Source: a virus (lineage: Duplodnaviria; Caudoviricetes). Taken from it: a stretch of DNA of 64,000 nt. Both the position numbers and the translations under genes were made by a program. Location of the stretch: positions 128,001 to 192,000 of the IMG/VR virus record IMGVR_UViG_3300037067_015211. One strand, 5' to 3'. Shown in pieces: positions 45,814 through 55,598 of this stretch. Position 1 is the stretch's first letter. The number at the start of each line of letters is the position of its first letter. The notes under the pieces are model-generated. The model saw nothing but the letters and a program-made list of their open reading frames with translations. It was not told the DNA's origin and did not search any database.

Positions 45814-48800
45814 TTATGCCTGAATAATTTTATATGCCTGTGTTTGAGCAACACCCTCTATTTGTGTTTGCAAGTCAAATGAATTGTCCATTTTTACAAC
45901 AATGGTCACAACGCTTGAACCCGCCATTGCAGTTGGACCAACATATCCGCCAGAATTAATCCCGGCTTTAAAATAATCTTGTGGTTGAGATGGTTGATAT
46001 TTTGGCACAGATTGCATTTGACGATATTTTGCCTCATCTCTCTTTATTTTAGCATCATCTCTAGCTTTTTGTCTTTCTCTTGCACCCTTTGTACTGTTTT
46101 GTAATGTTTCGTCTAAGGTTGGGGCACCAAGGTCTTTTCGAACAGCATCTTCAGCTTCTCTTTTTTGTTTCTTTTTGTCTCTTTCAAATTGTTCTGCTTC
46201 TGCCTTTCGCTTTTGTTCATCAGCCGCATATGGATTTACTTCTTGCCCCGGCTTTACATCTTGTTGACGCAACGGCATTGGCTGGGCATGCCGATCTCTT
46301 GTTGATTCTTGTCTTTCTGTGGCAGAAAATTTTCCGCCTGTTTCCGCATGCTTTTTTAATGCTTCTTTTTGTCCTGCCCTTGCCTTTGCTTTTAAACGAG
46401 CGGCTTCTTCTGGCGAGACCATTCCGACACCACCCGGAACATATACTTTTCTTTTTTTCTGCTCATATTCTTCATAGCCAAGTTCAGTGACGCCATTTCC
46501 CATATATCTCGGTTTATCATGAAAAACTTGACGCCTACCCTTGCTATATGGAGAATCATAACCAATTTTATCAGATAACCCCTCAAAACGTTTTTGTTTT
46601 GCTATATCTTCCGGTGTTGCATTTTTTTCACCCGCCCCCCATGCTTTAAGCTGTTCTTCCGAAAGCGGCTGATATCTTCCACGTTCAATTTCCTTCATTC
46701 TTTCTTCAGATATTGGTTTTCCAGTAGTAAAGCCTTTTGGTTTTTGCTGTGGCTTTGTTGGAATTTGTGGTTTGGGTACATCCGGCATTGTTGATGCTTT
46801 TTGGCCATAACCCATCATGTTGCCAAGATTTTTCATTCCTTTAATTGCAGGATCAACCATCCAGCCAAATTTGTCCTTCCAAATTTTTGGTGCGATATCT
46901 CCCGGTCGCATTCCTTCTTCTTCTTTGACATCGAGCAATGCTTCTTCAGATGGTTTTCTGCCTTCTTCTTCTTTGACATCGAGCAATGCTTCTTCAGGCG
47001 GTTTTTGTGATTTTAGTTTCATTGCATCGCGCATAACCGCTTTGCGCATTACATCGCCATATTTTGCAGTATTAAAATATGCATGCATTCTTTGCGCCGC
47101 TTGTTCTGATGTTATTTTCCCAGATTTAACATCATCTCTAATGCTTGCCATTTTCTTAACAAGAACCTCTCTCTTTTTAAACCAATCATCGGGAAGGGCA
47201 AGGTCTTCCTGTTTTTCTATTGTAGATTTATGTTCTTCCCATCTACCACTATGATATTTTGACCTACGGTCAATATCAACGTCTCTCATTTTCATTACTT
47301 TTTCAGATAAAATATCTTCTAACGATTTACCCTTTTCTTTAACCCCCATATCTGAATCGTGTACATCAAATTCACCACCACGACGAATGGGGGGCAATGG
47401 ATCGGCATATTGAGGTTTACGATACATTTTAGCCTGTAGTTTACGCAAATTGCCCTTTTGTCCTAACATAGTCGCTAATAAAGTCGCTCGCCAATTATCT
47501 GGATCTGGCGTTAATGCACGGCCCAAGCCCTCTCTTTCTATGTCTGAGCCAAGCTTGGCCACTGACCCAATTCCTCCTGTCATAAGTTTTTCTGCCCTAT
47601 TCATGCGCCAAGCTTCGGCAGAACCGGGTAAATCTTTTGGTACGCCCTGCATTCTATAATATAATCCGGGCGTTTTTTTGCCGCCATCTGGTTTGTCTAA
47701 TAAATATTTTTTAACACCATTAACATATCCGCCATCTGCATATTCTTGTAAACCTCTTATTTCTTGCAATAATTTGTAATTATTTGCATTTTTCAAAAAT
47801 TTTTGAATTTCTACATTACCTTTCATTAGGTCGCTAACCGAATCGCGACTCATGGGAATTCCACCAGAATCCTTTTTAAAATTAGAAAGCCTTAATTTTT
47901 CATCGGCCAATTTTTCTAAATATTCTGGACTTTCCTTTCTCTTGTAACCGGGCAGTCTAAGCATTTTGTCGGCAAGGTTTTCTAAATATTCTTTGTCTTG
48001 TTCACTATTCCAAAATGTAGATTCCCCATTATTAATTTTATCGAGTAGCCCACGATATTTTGATGTTGCTTTCGCATTAACAACATATTCGCCTTTGTGA
48101 ACAATGCCAGCGGGTTCAGTGGTGGTGCCCTGTCCAGTATATCCACCAGATGCGAAACCCTTATCTTTTTGTGTGTTTTCTGCTATAGATTTAAGATAAT
48201 TATTCGCTTGTTTTTCCATCTCAAGACGACTATCATCAAGGCCAGTCATCCTTCTCCAAAAATCTTCATGCGTTCCTATGCCTCTTTCACCACTGGTTGT
48301 CATGCCAGTATCACCACGCTTTACTTGTGCTCTACCCTTAATGTCAATCATTGACATATTGGCAGAGCCGCCTAAAGTATAACTACCGCTTGTTTGACCG
48401 AACGCAAATTGCGTGAATTGTTGTTGCCATGTTTGACGAATATAGTGTTGCTTTTTTATCACATCTAATTTTTTATTTTCGGCATCAATTTCATATTTTT
48501 TTAAGTCTTGAGCAGACATTAAGTTTTCAGCAGCCTGTTGTCTCGCTATCTCTAATTGTTTTAAAGAAAGGCCGTATTCTGTTTTTGCTATATCTAATCC
48601 TTCTTTCGCTTTTTCTACAATAAGGCTGGCCGGAGCGTACATGTTTTCATACATCTCTTTTTGTATGGCATTTCTTTGTTTATCAATATCAAGAAAAAAT
48701 TTAGCATTATTCGTTTCTAAAAATGCCGCTCGCCTTTTTGCGTCATTAATTTTTTGTTGTTGTTGCAATTCTTGAGTCATTTGTTTTTGTTTTGTTACAT

Positions 48801-51072
48801 CTTTGTCAAGAATTGCCGCAATTCTTTCGGAAGTTTCCTTAATATTATTTTGTGTTTTATCTCTTTCTTTTTCGGCTACTGCAATTTTTTCATCCAATTG
48901 TTTTGTTGATGTCATCCAAATAGTAAGATCATTAAGATTCGTGGGCATATCCATTTCAGCGCGTTCTTTTCTAAGCTTTTCTAGCTTTTCTATTTCAACT
49001 TTTTGATTTTCAAGGGATGCAGTCTGTTCATCTACATGCTTTTTAAATTTAGGTAAATCTTTTTCGTCTTTTTCCGTTGCCTCCATAATTGCTTTATTTT
49101 TTTCTCTCATTACTTTTAAAACTTCTTCTTGTGCAGCAACCTCATCCTTTATTGCCGCCAATCTCGCATCAACATTTTTGCCACCAGTATATTTTTCCTC
49201 CATTTCAAATCGTTCACGAGCCAAATCTACAGCAATTTGATTTAGCTCCTTTACCCTTTTCATGTGTTGTTCTACAATTTCGTATAGCCTAATAGACCTC
49301 AACAACAAATCATTTTCTTCTTTTTTCTTTCGATTTATTTCTTCTTGTTTTTCTGGTTGAAGTCTAGGTCTTGTTTTTTTATATTCATCTTCTAATTTCT
49401 TAATTTCTACCCTTGTTGCTTTTATTTTCTCCAGATTTTCATTCAATGCACCCAAACTACTTTTAAATAATTTTACGCTTCCTTGAGCAACTCCGCCCTC
49501 CAATTTTTCACCAGACAAAACCTTTTTTATCTCTTCGTCACTAATATCTATTTTAAAGGCTTTAAATTCTATGGCGTTCATCTCTCTTGCAAATTTTCTT
49601 GCTTGTTGTACTCCCCAATCTTCTGTGTGGTCTAAAAAATATTCGCTAAATTTTTCTCCAAGAGTTTCCCCAAGATTTGAGCCAGCAATACTGCCAACCA
49701 TTGCACCAACGGCAGTGCCAATCCCCGGGGCGATTAAAGACCCAATTGCCCCCCCAGCAAGGGCACCGGACATGCCCCCTCCAATGCGTCCGCCGCCCTT
49801 TGAGTATGCATCTTGTTTTGCTTCGGCCCTTTCACGCGGAGACAAATCTTTTGCATTATCAATTTCAGATGTTGTTTGAATTAACGAAATGCCTTCCAGC
49901 AATGCATCGAGCACTGCTATACTACCCGCTATTTTTAAAGTTTTTCCAATTGGAAAGCCGCCAAGTCCGCCCCCAGCAGCACCTTGTTTGCTGGAACTTA
50001 CTTGAGCATTTGTATTTTTATCAATTGATATTCTGTTTCTGTCGGTAGATATAATATGTTTGTTCGTAGAAACAATTTGTTTTTCGGAAGTCAAATAACT
50101 TCTTTTAATATCAATTGTGTTTTTTTCTGTTGCTATAGCACCCTTACTATTTATTGCCTTACTAGCATTTAAAGCGGCAATCAACTTATCGTTTGAAAGT
50201 ATTAATTTGTTTACAGAAGAAGATAGTGCCATTGTAGATTTATCAGCACTAAATGAGCCTATACTATGTTTTTCTTGAAAAGATTTTGGCGTAAAAAGTG
50301 TTGCCAACCCACGACCTGCTACTGGTAATCCTTTTAAAATACCAGCTATTCCCGTAATATTAACAAGTGTTTCTCCAAGGCTTGAGTTAAAGTTATCTAT
50401 AGGTTTAAGATTAAAAGCATTAAGAACGGTAGAGTTTAAAGATGAAAAAGTTCTTCCTAAAACGAGTGATCTATCCGTAACGCTTTTTGTGGCGGCATCA
50501 AATTTCTCTGCCATTGTATTTGTTTGCCTAGTGGCATTGCCCATAGCCTGAATATATATTTTTAGATTATCTGCGCCGCCTCTTTCTAAAATCTCAAAGA
50601 AGTGCTTCATGCTTACAGCACCCTCTTCAAAATTCATGTTCAATGTTGGTATTGTTTGCTTTAATTGTAGTAGTGCCCTATTTGCCTGATCTGTTGCGTG
50701 TGGAAATGCTTTTGATAGTTGTTGTATATATTTTTCCTGAGCCGCCATGCTAAAAGACAATGAGGTTGTATATTTATTGATTTCATTTTGTAGGTTTAGT
50801 ATTTCTGTTCTGGTTTTATTTTTTATTGTTGTTGCCAACAATTCATTTGATTTTGCCAAAGAGTTTAACTGTGTAGCGGTTAACCCAGACGTTGTACCTA
50901 AATTTTTTAACGATTTTTCAAAATTGACAACAGCAGCAATTGGAATATACCTAGAAAGAGACGACATCCCTTCGCCAAGGGCTTCTATTTTACCAGTTAA
51001 AGAAAAAGCCGCTGCCGCTGCCGCACCACCAACGCCAACTCCACCGGCATCAGGAACAAAATCACCCGCCAT
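45814..51072 (-). CDS. tail tape measure protein
   Basis: 1752 aa; coiled coils; Gly-rich GGAIGSLIAPGIGTAVGAMVG; GFASGGYTG...PAGIVHKGEYVV; follows the tail chaperone. Confidence 0.88.
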   Translation of the reverse strand: MAGDFVPDAGGVGVGGAAAAAAFSLTGKIEALGEGMSSLSRYIPIAAVVNFEKSLKNLGTTSGLTATQLNSLAKSNELLATTIKNKTRTEILNLQNEINKYTTSLSFSMAAQEKYIQQLSKAFPHATDQANRALLQLKQTIPTLNMNFEEGAVSMKHFFEILERGGADNLKIYIQAMGNATRQTNTMAEKFDAATKSVTDRSLVLGRTFSSLNSTVLNAFNLKPIDNFNSSLGETLVNITGIAGILKGLPVAGRGLATLFTPKSFQEKHSIGSFSADKSTMALSSSVNKLILSNDKLIAALNASKAINSKGAIATEKNTIDIKRSYLTSEKQIVSTNKHIISTDRNRISIDKNTNAQVSSSKQGAAGGGLGGFPIGKTLKIAGSIAVLDALLEGISLIQTTSEIDNAKDLSPRERAEAKQDAYSKGGGRIGGGMSGALAGGAIGSLIAPGIGTAVGAMVGSIAGSNLGETLGEKFSEYFLDHTEDWGVQQARKFAREMNAIEFKAFKIDISDEEIKKVLSGEKLEGGVAQGSVKLFKSSLGALNENLEKIKATRVEIKKLEDEYKKTRPRLQPEKQEEINRKKKEENDLLLRSIRLYEIVEQHMKRVKELNQIAVDLARERFEMEEKYTGGKNVDARLAAIKDEVAAQEEVLKVMREKNKAIMEATEKDEKDLPKFKKHVDEQTASLENQKVEIEKLEKLRKERAEMDMPTNLNDLTIWMTSTKQLDEKIAVAEKERDKTQNNIKETSERIAAILDKDVTKQKQMTQELQQQQKINDAKRRAAFLETNNAKFFLDIDKQRNAIQKEMYENMYAPASLIVEKAKEGLDIAKTEYGLSLKQLEIARQQAAENLMSAQDLKKYEIDAENKKLDVIKKQHYIRQTWQQQFTQFAFGQTSGSYTLGGSANMSMIDIKGRAQVKRGDTGMTTSGERGIGTHEDFWRRMTGLDDSRLEMEKQANNYLKSIAENTQKDKGFASGGYTGQGTTTEPAGIVHKGEYVVNAKATSKYRGLLDKINNGESTFWNSEQDKEYLENLADKMLRLPGYKRKESPEYLEKLADEKLRLSNFKKDSGGIPMSRDSVSDLMKGNVEIQKFLKNANNYKLLQEIRGLQEYADGGYVNGVKKYLLDKPDGGKKTPGLYYRMQGVPKDLPGSAEAWRMNRAEKLMTGGIGSVAKLGSDIEREGLGRALTPDPDNWRATLLATMLGQKGNLRKLQAKMYRKPQYADPLPPIRRGGEFDVHDSDMGVKEKGKSLEDILSEKVMKMRDVDIDRRSKYHSGRWEEHKSTIEKQEDLALPDDWFKKREVLVKKMASIRDDVKSGKITSEQAAQRMHAYFNTAKYGDVMRKAVMRDAMKLKSQKPPEEALLDVKEEEGRKPSEEALLDVKEEEGMRPGDIAPKIWKDKFGWMVDPAIKGMKNLGNMMGYGQKASTMPDVPKPQIPTKPQQKPKGFTTGKPISEERMKEIERGRYQPLSEEQLKAWGAGEKNATPEDIAKQKRFEGLSDKIGYDSPYSKGRRQVFHDKPRYMGNGVTELGYEEYEQKKRKVYVPGGVGMVSPEEAARLKAKARAGQKEALKKHAETGGKFSATERQESTRDRHAQPMPLRQQDVKPGQEVNPYAADEQKRKAEAEQFERDKKKQKREAEDAVRKDLGAPTLDETLQNSTKGARERQKARDDAKIKRDEAKYRQMQSVPKYQPSQPQDYFKAGINSGGYVGPTAMAGSSVVTIVVKMDNSFDLQTQIEGVAQTQAYKIIQA
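46913..46997. repeat. 37-bp exact direct repeat x2 (48-bp period) in the TMP
   Basis: 46913-46949 = 46961-46997; encodes EEALLDVKEEEG twice. Confidence 0.9.
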
Positions 51073-51074
51073 CT

Positions 51075-51638
51075 TTATCCCCTATAGAATGTTTTTATAC
51101 AATCTATAATTGCAAATAAAATATTGTCGTTTTTCGCTTTTTCTTCATTTGGCGACAAATTAAAAATTTCTCCAATATTACTTATTAATTTTATTCCACT
51201 ATATATTTCACTAAACTTTAAGTCTAATTTTATTGAACTGTCTTTTAGTAAAAACATTACTTGCGCCAAAACAAAAGAAAATGGATTTATAACAACATCT
51301 CCGTTTATAGTTGTTAGAGAATTTGCCTGTATCAACTCTTTTAACATCCATGTATCTCGATTAAACTCAAACCATTCTTCCTCAAACTTTTTGCCGCTAA
51401 CAACAGCTTTATCTAAAGTATATTTCAATTCACCATTTTCTTCATAAAAGTATACATAAACCCTTATTGGTTTATTGGATACAGTATATTTACTTTTAAT
51501 GTCATCTACTATAATAGGCTTTTCTTCCGTCTTTATTTCCTTTTTAAATGGTGCTGCGGCGAATTTGACGCCGCTTGCAGTTTGTTGTTCTCCGCCTCTA
51601 TTTTGATGTTGTGGATTAAAAGCATTTTTCTTAGCCAT
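51075..51638 (-). CDS. hypothetical protein, possibly a second tail-chaperone-like paralog
   Basis: 187 aa between chaperone and TMP; loosely similar layout to 51784-52362. Confidence 0.6.
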   Translation of the reverse strand: MAKKNAFNPQHQNRGGEQQTASGVKFAAAPFKKEIKTEEKPIIVDDIKSKYTVSNKPIRVYVYFYEENGELKYTLDKAVVSGKKFEEEWFEFNRDTWMLKELIQANSLTTINGDVVINPFSFVLAQVMFLLKDSSIKLDLKFSEIYSGIKLISNIGEIFNLSPNEEKAKNDNILFAIIDCIKTFYRG

Positions 51639-51787
51639 GTTGGGTCAGCCCTTTCTACCATATCTGGCGTCATGCCAAATTCACGCCAGTAAAATGTCAT
51701 ATTGTTGTATTCAATTATCGCCGGGTCTATACCGCCTAAAAATGCGCCGCCAGATGAATTAAAATATGCACTGGCGGCAATGGTTAG
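51533..51787 (-). CDS. gpT-like -1 frameshift extension of the tail assembly chaperone
   Basis: -1 frame after A AAA AAC: LTIAASAYF...FYWREFGMTPDMVERADPTWLRKMLLIHN...KRK*. Confidence 0.75.
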   Translation of the reverse strand, partial: LTIAASAYFNSSGGAFLGGIDPAIIEYNNMTFYWREFGMTPDMVERADPTWLRKMLLIHNIKIEAENNKLQAASNSPQHHLKRK

Positions 51788-52362
51788 TTTTTTTCTTCTT
51801 CCTCACTCATCCCCTGACCAATATCAATGATCCGCAATACACCATCAATGATCTGCGGCATTGCCCTCAAAATTCTTTGCATACAAGGACCAGATATAAT
51901 ACGAATCCCCAACTCTGCATGATTCTCGTACTCAAGCTTCAGAATGGGATCTTCCTTTTCAAATGTCCACGACATGAGCAGACAGCGCAGTGTAAGGGCT
52001 TCATACTTGACAAAATTTCTGATCCGAGTCATTGTCTGCTGATTTAACTCGAATGATCCATTGTCAATCCACTTGTCAAGTGCATATGATTTACGTCTAA
52101 AGCCAACGACATTCTTTTCTAAACTTACGTCAATGCCAGTGGTTTCAATCTTCTTGACCTTTTCGGTCAGGGTCTTTATCTGCTCTGCATGCTCCGGATT
52201 TTTTACATCCAAATTATTTAATGCCCCCTTGTGGATTTCCAACAAATCCTGACTATACTTTTTTGCCCCATCTTCGTCAAATAAAGATAGTCCGTCCTTG
52301 TCAAATAGAACATAAACATTCTTCTTTAACTCTTTGTCTGGATCAACCGTGTACTTTCCCAT
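51784..52362 (-). CDS. tail assembly chaperone (gpG-like)
   Basis: Ends EEEEKN* on the slippery heptamer A AAA AAC (51793-51787); lies between tube and TMP. Confidence 0.75.
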   Translation of the reverse strand: MGKYTVDPDKELKKNVYVLFDKDGLSLFDEDGAKKYSQDLLEIHKGALNNLDVKNPEHAEQIKTLTEKVKKIETTGIDVSLEKNVVGFRRKSYALDKWIDNGSFELNQQTMTRIRNFVKYEALTLRCLLMSWTFEKEDPILKLEYENHAELGIRIISGPCMQRILRAMPQIIDGVLRIIDIGQGMSEEEEKN

Positions 52363-52378
52363 GTTTGAATGCCTTTCA

Positions 52379-52684
52379 TTATAATGGGTTATTTTCTCTC
52401 AAAGCCACATCTACGTAGGCTATGCTCCAATTCTTGATAATAAACGTTATAATACAGTTATCTAGTTTATATTCTTCTTTTCGTTTTTCAAGCCAATCTT
52501 CAATTTTCCAAATATTTGTATACTTGATACTCTTGGTTGCCACTGGCTTGTCTGGTCTGATTTCTGTAGTATAAGTTAACTGTTCAATCTTTCTATCAAT
52601 GATCTTAACGGCAATACTGCCATGATGTATTTTTTCCAAATCATTTGCATAGTCTTTTAGAAATGCAAGAATTTTTTCTTTCAT
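52379..52684 (-). CDS. hypothetical protein (start MKEKILAF)
   Basis: GAGGA RBS; starts just after the upstream stop. Confidence 0.6.
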   Translation of the reverse strand: MKEKILAFLKDYANDLEKIHHGSIAVKIIDRKIEQLTYTTEIRPDKPVATKSIKYTNIWKIEDWLEKRKEEYKLDNCIITFIIKNWSIAYVDVALRENNPL

Positions 52685-52685
52685 T

Positions 52686-53606
52686 TTAGTCCTCGTAAAT
52701 AGATGGTGAACCATCATCACCGGCGAACATAACCAGATTGGCGGTTCTGCCCAACATGCCATTAATATTCCCGCCGTTAACCGGATCTGTTATGATATGA
52801 CAATGTGGCATAACGACTCGTTTATTGCCATAGGTAACTCGTAATTCAAATGGCCCTGCCCCTAAGATTGAATTTTCTGCACCAATTTGAATATAGTATC
52901 CCAAAGTGGCTGTCACTTGCATTCTACTTTGGCTAACCCTATGGGCATTTACATTGTCACCAAAGGTATATTCTACATACGTGCCATTATCGATTGCCAG
53001 ATTAAATTGAAATATTGCTTTGGGGTCAATAATGGACGATGAAATACCATCAATTTCAAAATCACACTTCCACCAAGCCAGAGGCGAATAATTATCGTTT
53101 CCACTCGTTAAAGGATCATATGGAATGTATGGTTCAAAATGATATTTGGGGGTGCCGGTAATTTCTTCGTTCAGAATGGCCCCAGTGGCCTTAAATGAAG
53201 CCGTAAATGCAACAGCCTGCCCAGCGGTATAGTTCATGCCCAAATTCGATACAAGGCACTTCCCGCCCTCATTAGGGAGTGTTGCCCTGCCCGAATAATG
53301 GGCAACTACAATGTTTTCCCTTCTCGTTGTTGCATCTATTGTGTGGTTAAATATTTCCTCAAAGCCTTTGGCAAAATTATCGCTCGTACCGGTAAAAATA
53401 TTTCCGCTTAAATCAGCGGCATTGTATTCAGTTTTTGTGCTCTGGTAATTTACTTCAAAATGTTTTTGTGCCGATGGGTCGCCCCCATAGCCATGTACTG
53501 CTTCCGAAAATACAATATTATCGTATGCTTTGATACCGCCAGATGCTTGTAGCGAATATCCATTAATAAGATAATAATCTCGCCAACCGAGTGAATAATC
53601 AGCCAT
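52686..53606 (-). CDS. tail tube protein paralog (minor)
   Basis: INGYSL..EAVHGYG..FEPY.PY..NDNYSPLAWW shared with 53710-54741. Confidence 0.65.
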   Translation of the reverse strand: MADYSLGWRDYYLINGYSLQASGGIKAYDNIVFSEAVHGYGGDPSAQKHFEVNYQSTKTEYNAADLSGNIFTGTSDNFAKGFEEIFNHTIDATTRRENIVVAHYSGRATLPNEGGKCLVSNLGMNYTAGQAVAFTASFKATGAILNEEITGTPKYHFEPYIPYDPLTSGNDNYSPLAWWKCDFEIDGISSSIIDPKAIFQFNLAIDNGTYVEYTFGDNVNAHRVSQSRMQVTATLGYYIQIGAENSILGAGPFELRVTYGNKRVVMPHCHIITDPVNGGNINGMLGRTANLVMFAGDDGSPSIYED

Positions 53607-53618
53607 TTTTTAATCCAA

Positions 53619-53652
53619 TAAAAAAGCGAGATGATTTATGGTCATCTCGCTT
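53619..53652 (-). terminator. intrinsic terminator after the major tube gene
   Basis: AAGCGAGATGA-7 nt-TCATCTCGCTT stem followed by a U-tract on the minus strand. Confidence 0.8.
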
Positions 53653-53709
53653 GTGTGGTTGTTTCTCATTTCGCGGTTCCTCCGCTTAATTTTATTGCAT
53701 TAATTTAAT

Positions 53710-54741
53710 TTACAGACCATCCGATACGATAGATGCATCGTGTTCGGCTGATGTATACGTGTATCCAGAAATTGGGTCTGTAACCGATTTGCCAGCACCC
53801 GGAGCGAACGCCTCAAAGTTAACTGTACGAGTTACAGTTGTGTTTGCACCCGGCATAGGCACTGGAGCGTTATTGATGTAAATGTGGCCAAGCACTAATT
53901 TGATTCCACCGAAGGGAATAATAACTGTTGAAGACTGTTTCAAGTTACCGCCGTAATCCGCATCAGGCATAAAATACGTAAATGAACCAGTAATTGCCAT
54001 CTGCCCGATATCCACGATGGACGGGAAGTTCTGACCGCTAGAAGCATGTTCAAGGACAACGTTGTTTGTGATTGTCAGCGTCCATGCCGTGATTGTTGCA
54101 CCCGAATTAAGATATGTCTCTTCTGTACCCGTCGAGGCTCCGAAGACGCGGAAGGGGGCTTGGAACCAGTTCAGGGGGTTAGAATCGTCGTTTGCCACAA
54201 CAGATGTATACGGAGTTGAAGGTTCAAAAGAGTATGAGCCGTCGCCGGGTACGTCTGTAACACGAGAACGACCTACCGCCTTGTAGTTAGCAGTATAGGT
54301 TACGATTCCACCAGCGGTGAATGTAATTGTTAAAGAGTCGCAAAGACACTTTAACAGCGAAGAATCAATTGAAGGATAGTCGGCGGCTAAGCCGGGATAG
54401 CGATAGGTATAAGCACCACCACCGGGAGAACCAATGATATAAATACCATTTCTTCGGCAAGTGCCGCTTGTTCCGCCAATAATGGCAGACCGCAACATCT
54501 CTTTGAAAGCCGTAGCCGCATTTCCTGTACCAGTGAATACCGACCCACCGATAGAGCCTTCGTGAGTTACGGCACCGATACAGTAATTTAGTCGGCTATA
54601 CGCATCGCCATGTGTTGACGTGTTGCCATAACCGTGAACGCCTTCGTCCACCAATGGGGTAATGGTCTCATCAAGAGAGTTGCTTGTAACGGGTATCGAG
54701 TACCCGTTAACAATGGTATAACCGTATAGACCTAGAGCCAT
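53710..54741 (-). CDS. major tail tube protein
   Basis: Beta-rich; WTLTITNNV...G.MAITGSFTY tube pattern; strong RBS, terminator, position before chaperone and TMP. Confidence 0.7.
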   Translation of the reverse strand: MALGLYGYTIVNGYSIPVTSNSLDETITPLVDEGVHGYGNTSTHGDAYSRLNYCIGAVTHEGSIGGSVFTGTGNAATAFKEMLRSAIIGGTSGTCRRNGIYIIGSPGGGAYTYRYPGLAADYPSIDSSLLKCLCDSLTITFTAGGIVTYTANYKAVGRSRVTDVPGDGSYSFEPSTPYTSVVANDDSNPLNWFQAPFRVFGASTGTEETYLNSGATITAWTLTITNNVVLEHASSGQNFPSIVDIGQMAITGSFTYFMPDADYGGNLKQSSTVIIPFGGIKLVLGHIYINNAPVPMPGANTTVTRTVNFEAFAPGAGKSVTDPISGYTYTSAEHDASIVSDGL

Positions 54742-54756
54742 GTCATATCTCCTTTA

Positions 54757-55527
54757 TTAGAACGCAGGCGTTCGTTCCGGAATATTTACAATATTAACTT
54801 CGTCCGTTGCATCGCCACCAGTCGTTTGAATGTTGGTAACATCGATAAATGTATCAGCAGTTGTTCCAACATTAACTTCCGAGTCAAGAGTCGTAATTGT
54901 AACGTCAATTGTAGTCTCGGTGCCATCTTCCTGTGTGGCATAAATTTTCATATCCACATCGGAAGTAAGCCCAGAAATTACTACGCACTTTAATTGAGAT
55001 GCACAATAATTTCCAACTCCAGCATTGCCAGTGCCCGTCCCGAGAGCAACACCATCCGTAAAGGTACAGCCAGTTCCTGAACCAACAATTGTTGCGGTGC
55101 CCATAACGTGTATGTATTGGTCAAACACATTGTTGGCTGAAAGGTGACGGCCATTTACGTAGTAATACACTTCTTCGTATTTGGAGTTTACGTTGATACC
55201 GGAGTTTGTGAGAAGTGTATTGAGATTCGCCGATCCACCAACCACGTTCTGCACATGTGTATCGTGTGCTCGCACAACATTAGAAAAAACTGTAGATGCA
55301 ATTGTGCTTTGTGTAATACCATTGATATCAAGGGTCTTACACGAAGATGCCAGATCGCCCTCAGACCAAGCGTTATTGTCAATCGTAATATGGCGATATG
55401 CTTCTTCTCCATCAGCGGGTGAAGCATTTACAATACCGCTCTGAATCTGTTCCCACATATATGCATAGTGGTCCGTTACATTCTCGATACCACTATTGCT
55501 AATAACCTGTTTTGTTACAGTGGACAT
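54757..55527 (-). CDS. virion structural protein
   Basis: Thr/Gly/Asn-rich 256 aa, GGGAG RBS. Confidence 0.6.
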   Translation of the reverse strand: MSTVTKQVISNSGIENVTDHYAYMWEQIQSGIVNASPADGEEAYRHITIDNNAWSEGDLASSCKTLDINGITQSTIASTVFSNVVRAHDTHVQNVVGGSANLNTLLTNSGINVNSKYEEVYYYVNGRHLSANNVFDQYIHVMGTATIVGSGTGCTFTDGVALGTGTGNAGVGNYCASQLKCVVISGLTSDVDMKIYATQEDGTETTIDVTITTLDSEVNVGTTADTFIDVTNIQTTGGDATDEVNIVNIPERTPAF

Positions 55528-55598
55528 GTTTTTATCTCCCGTCTAAACGTTTTACCATTACAATAATATCCACTTCTTTCAACAATATATTTTTTATT

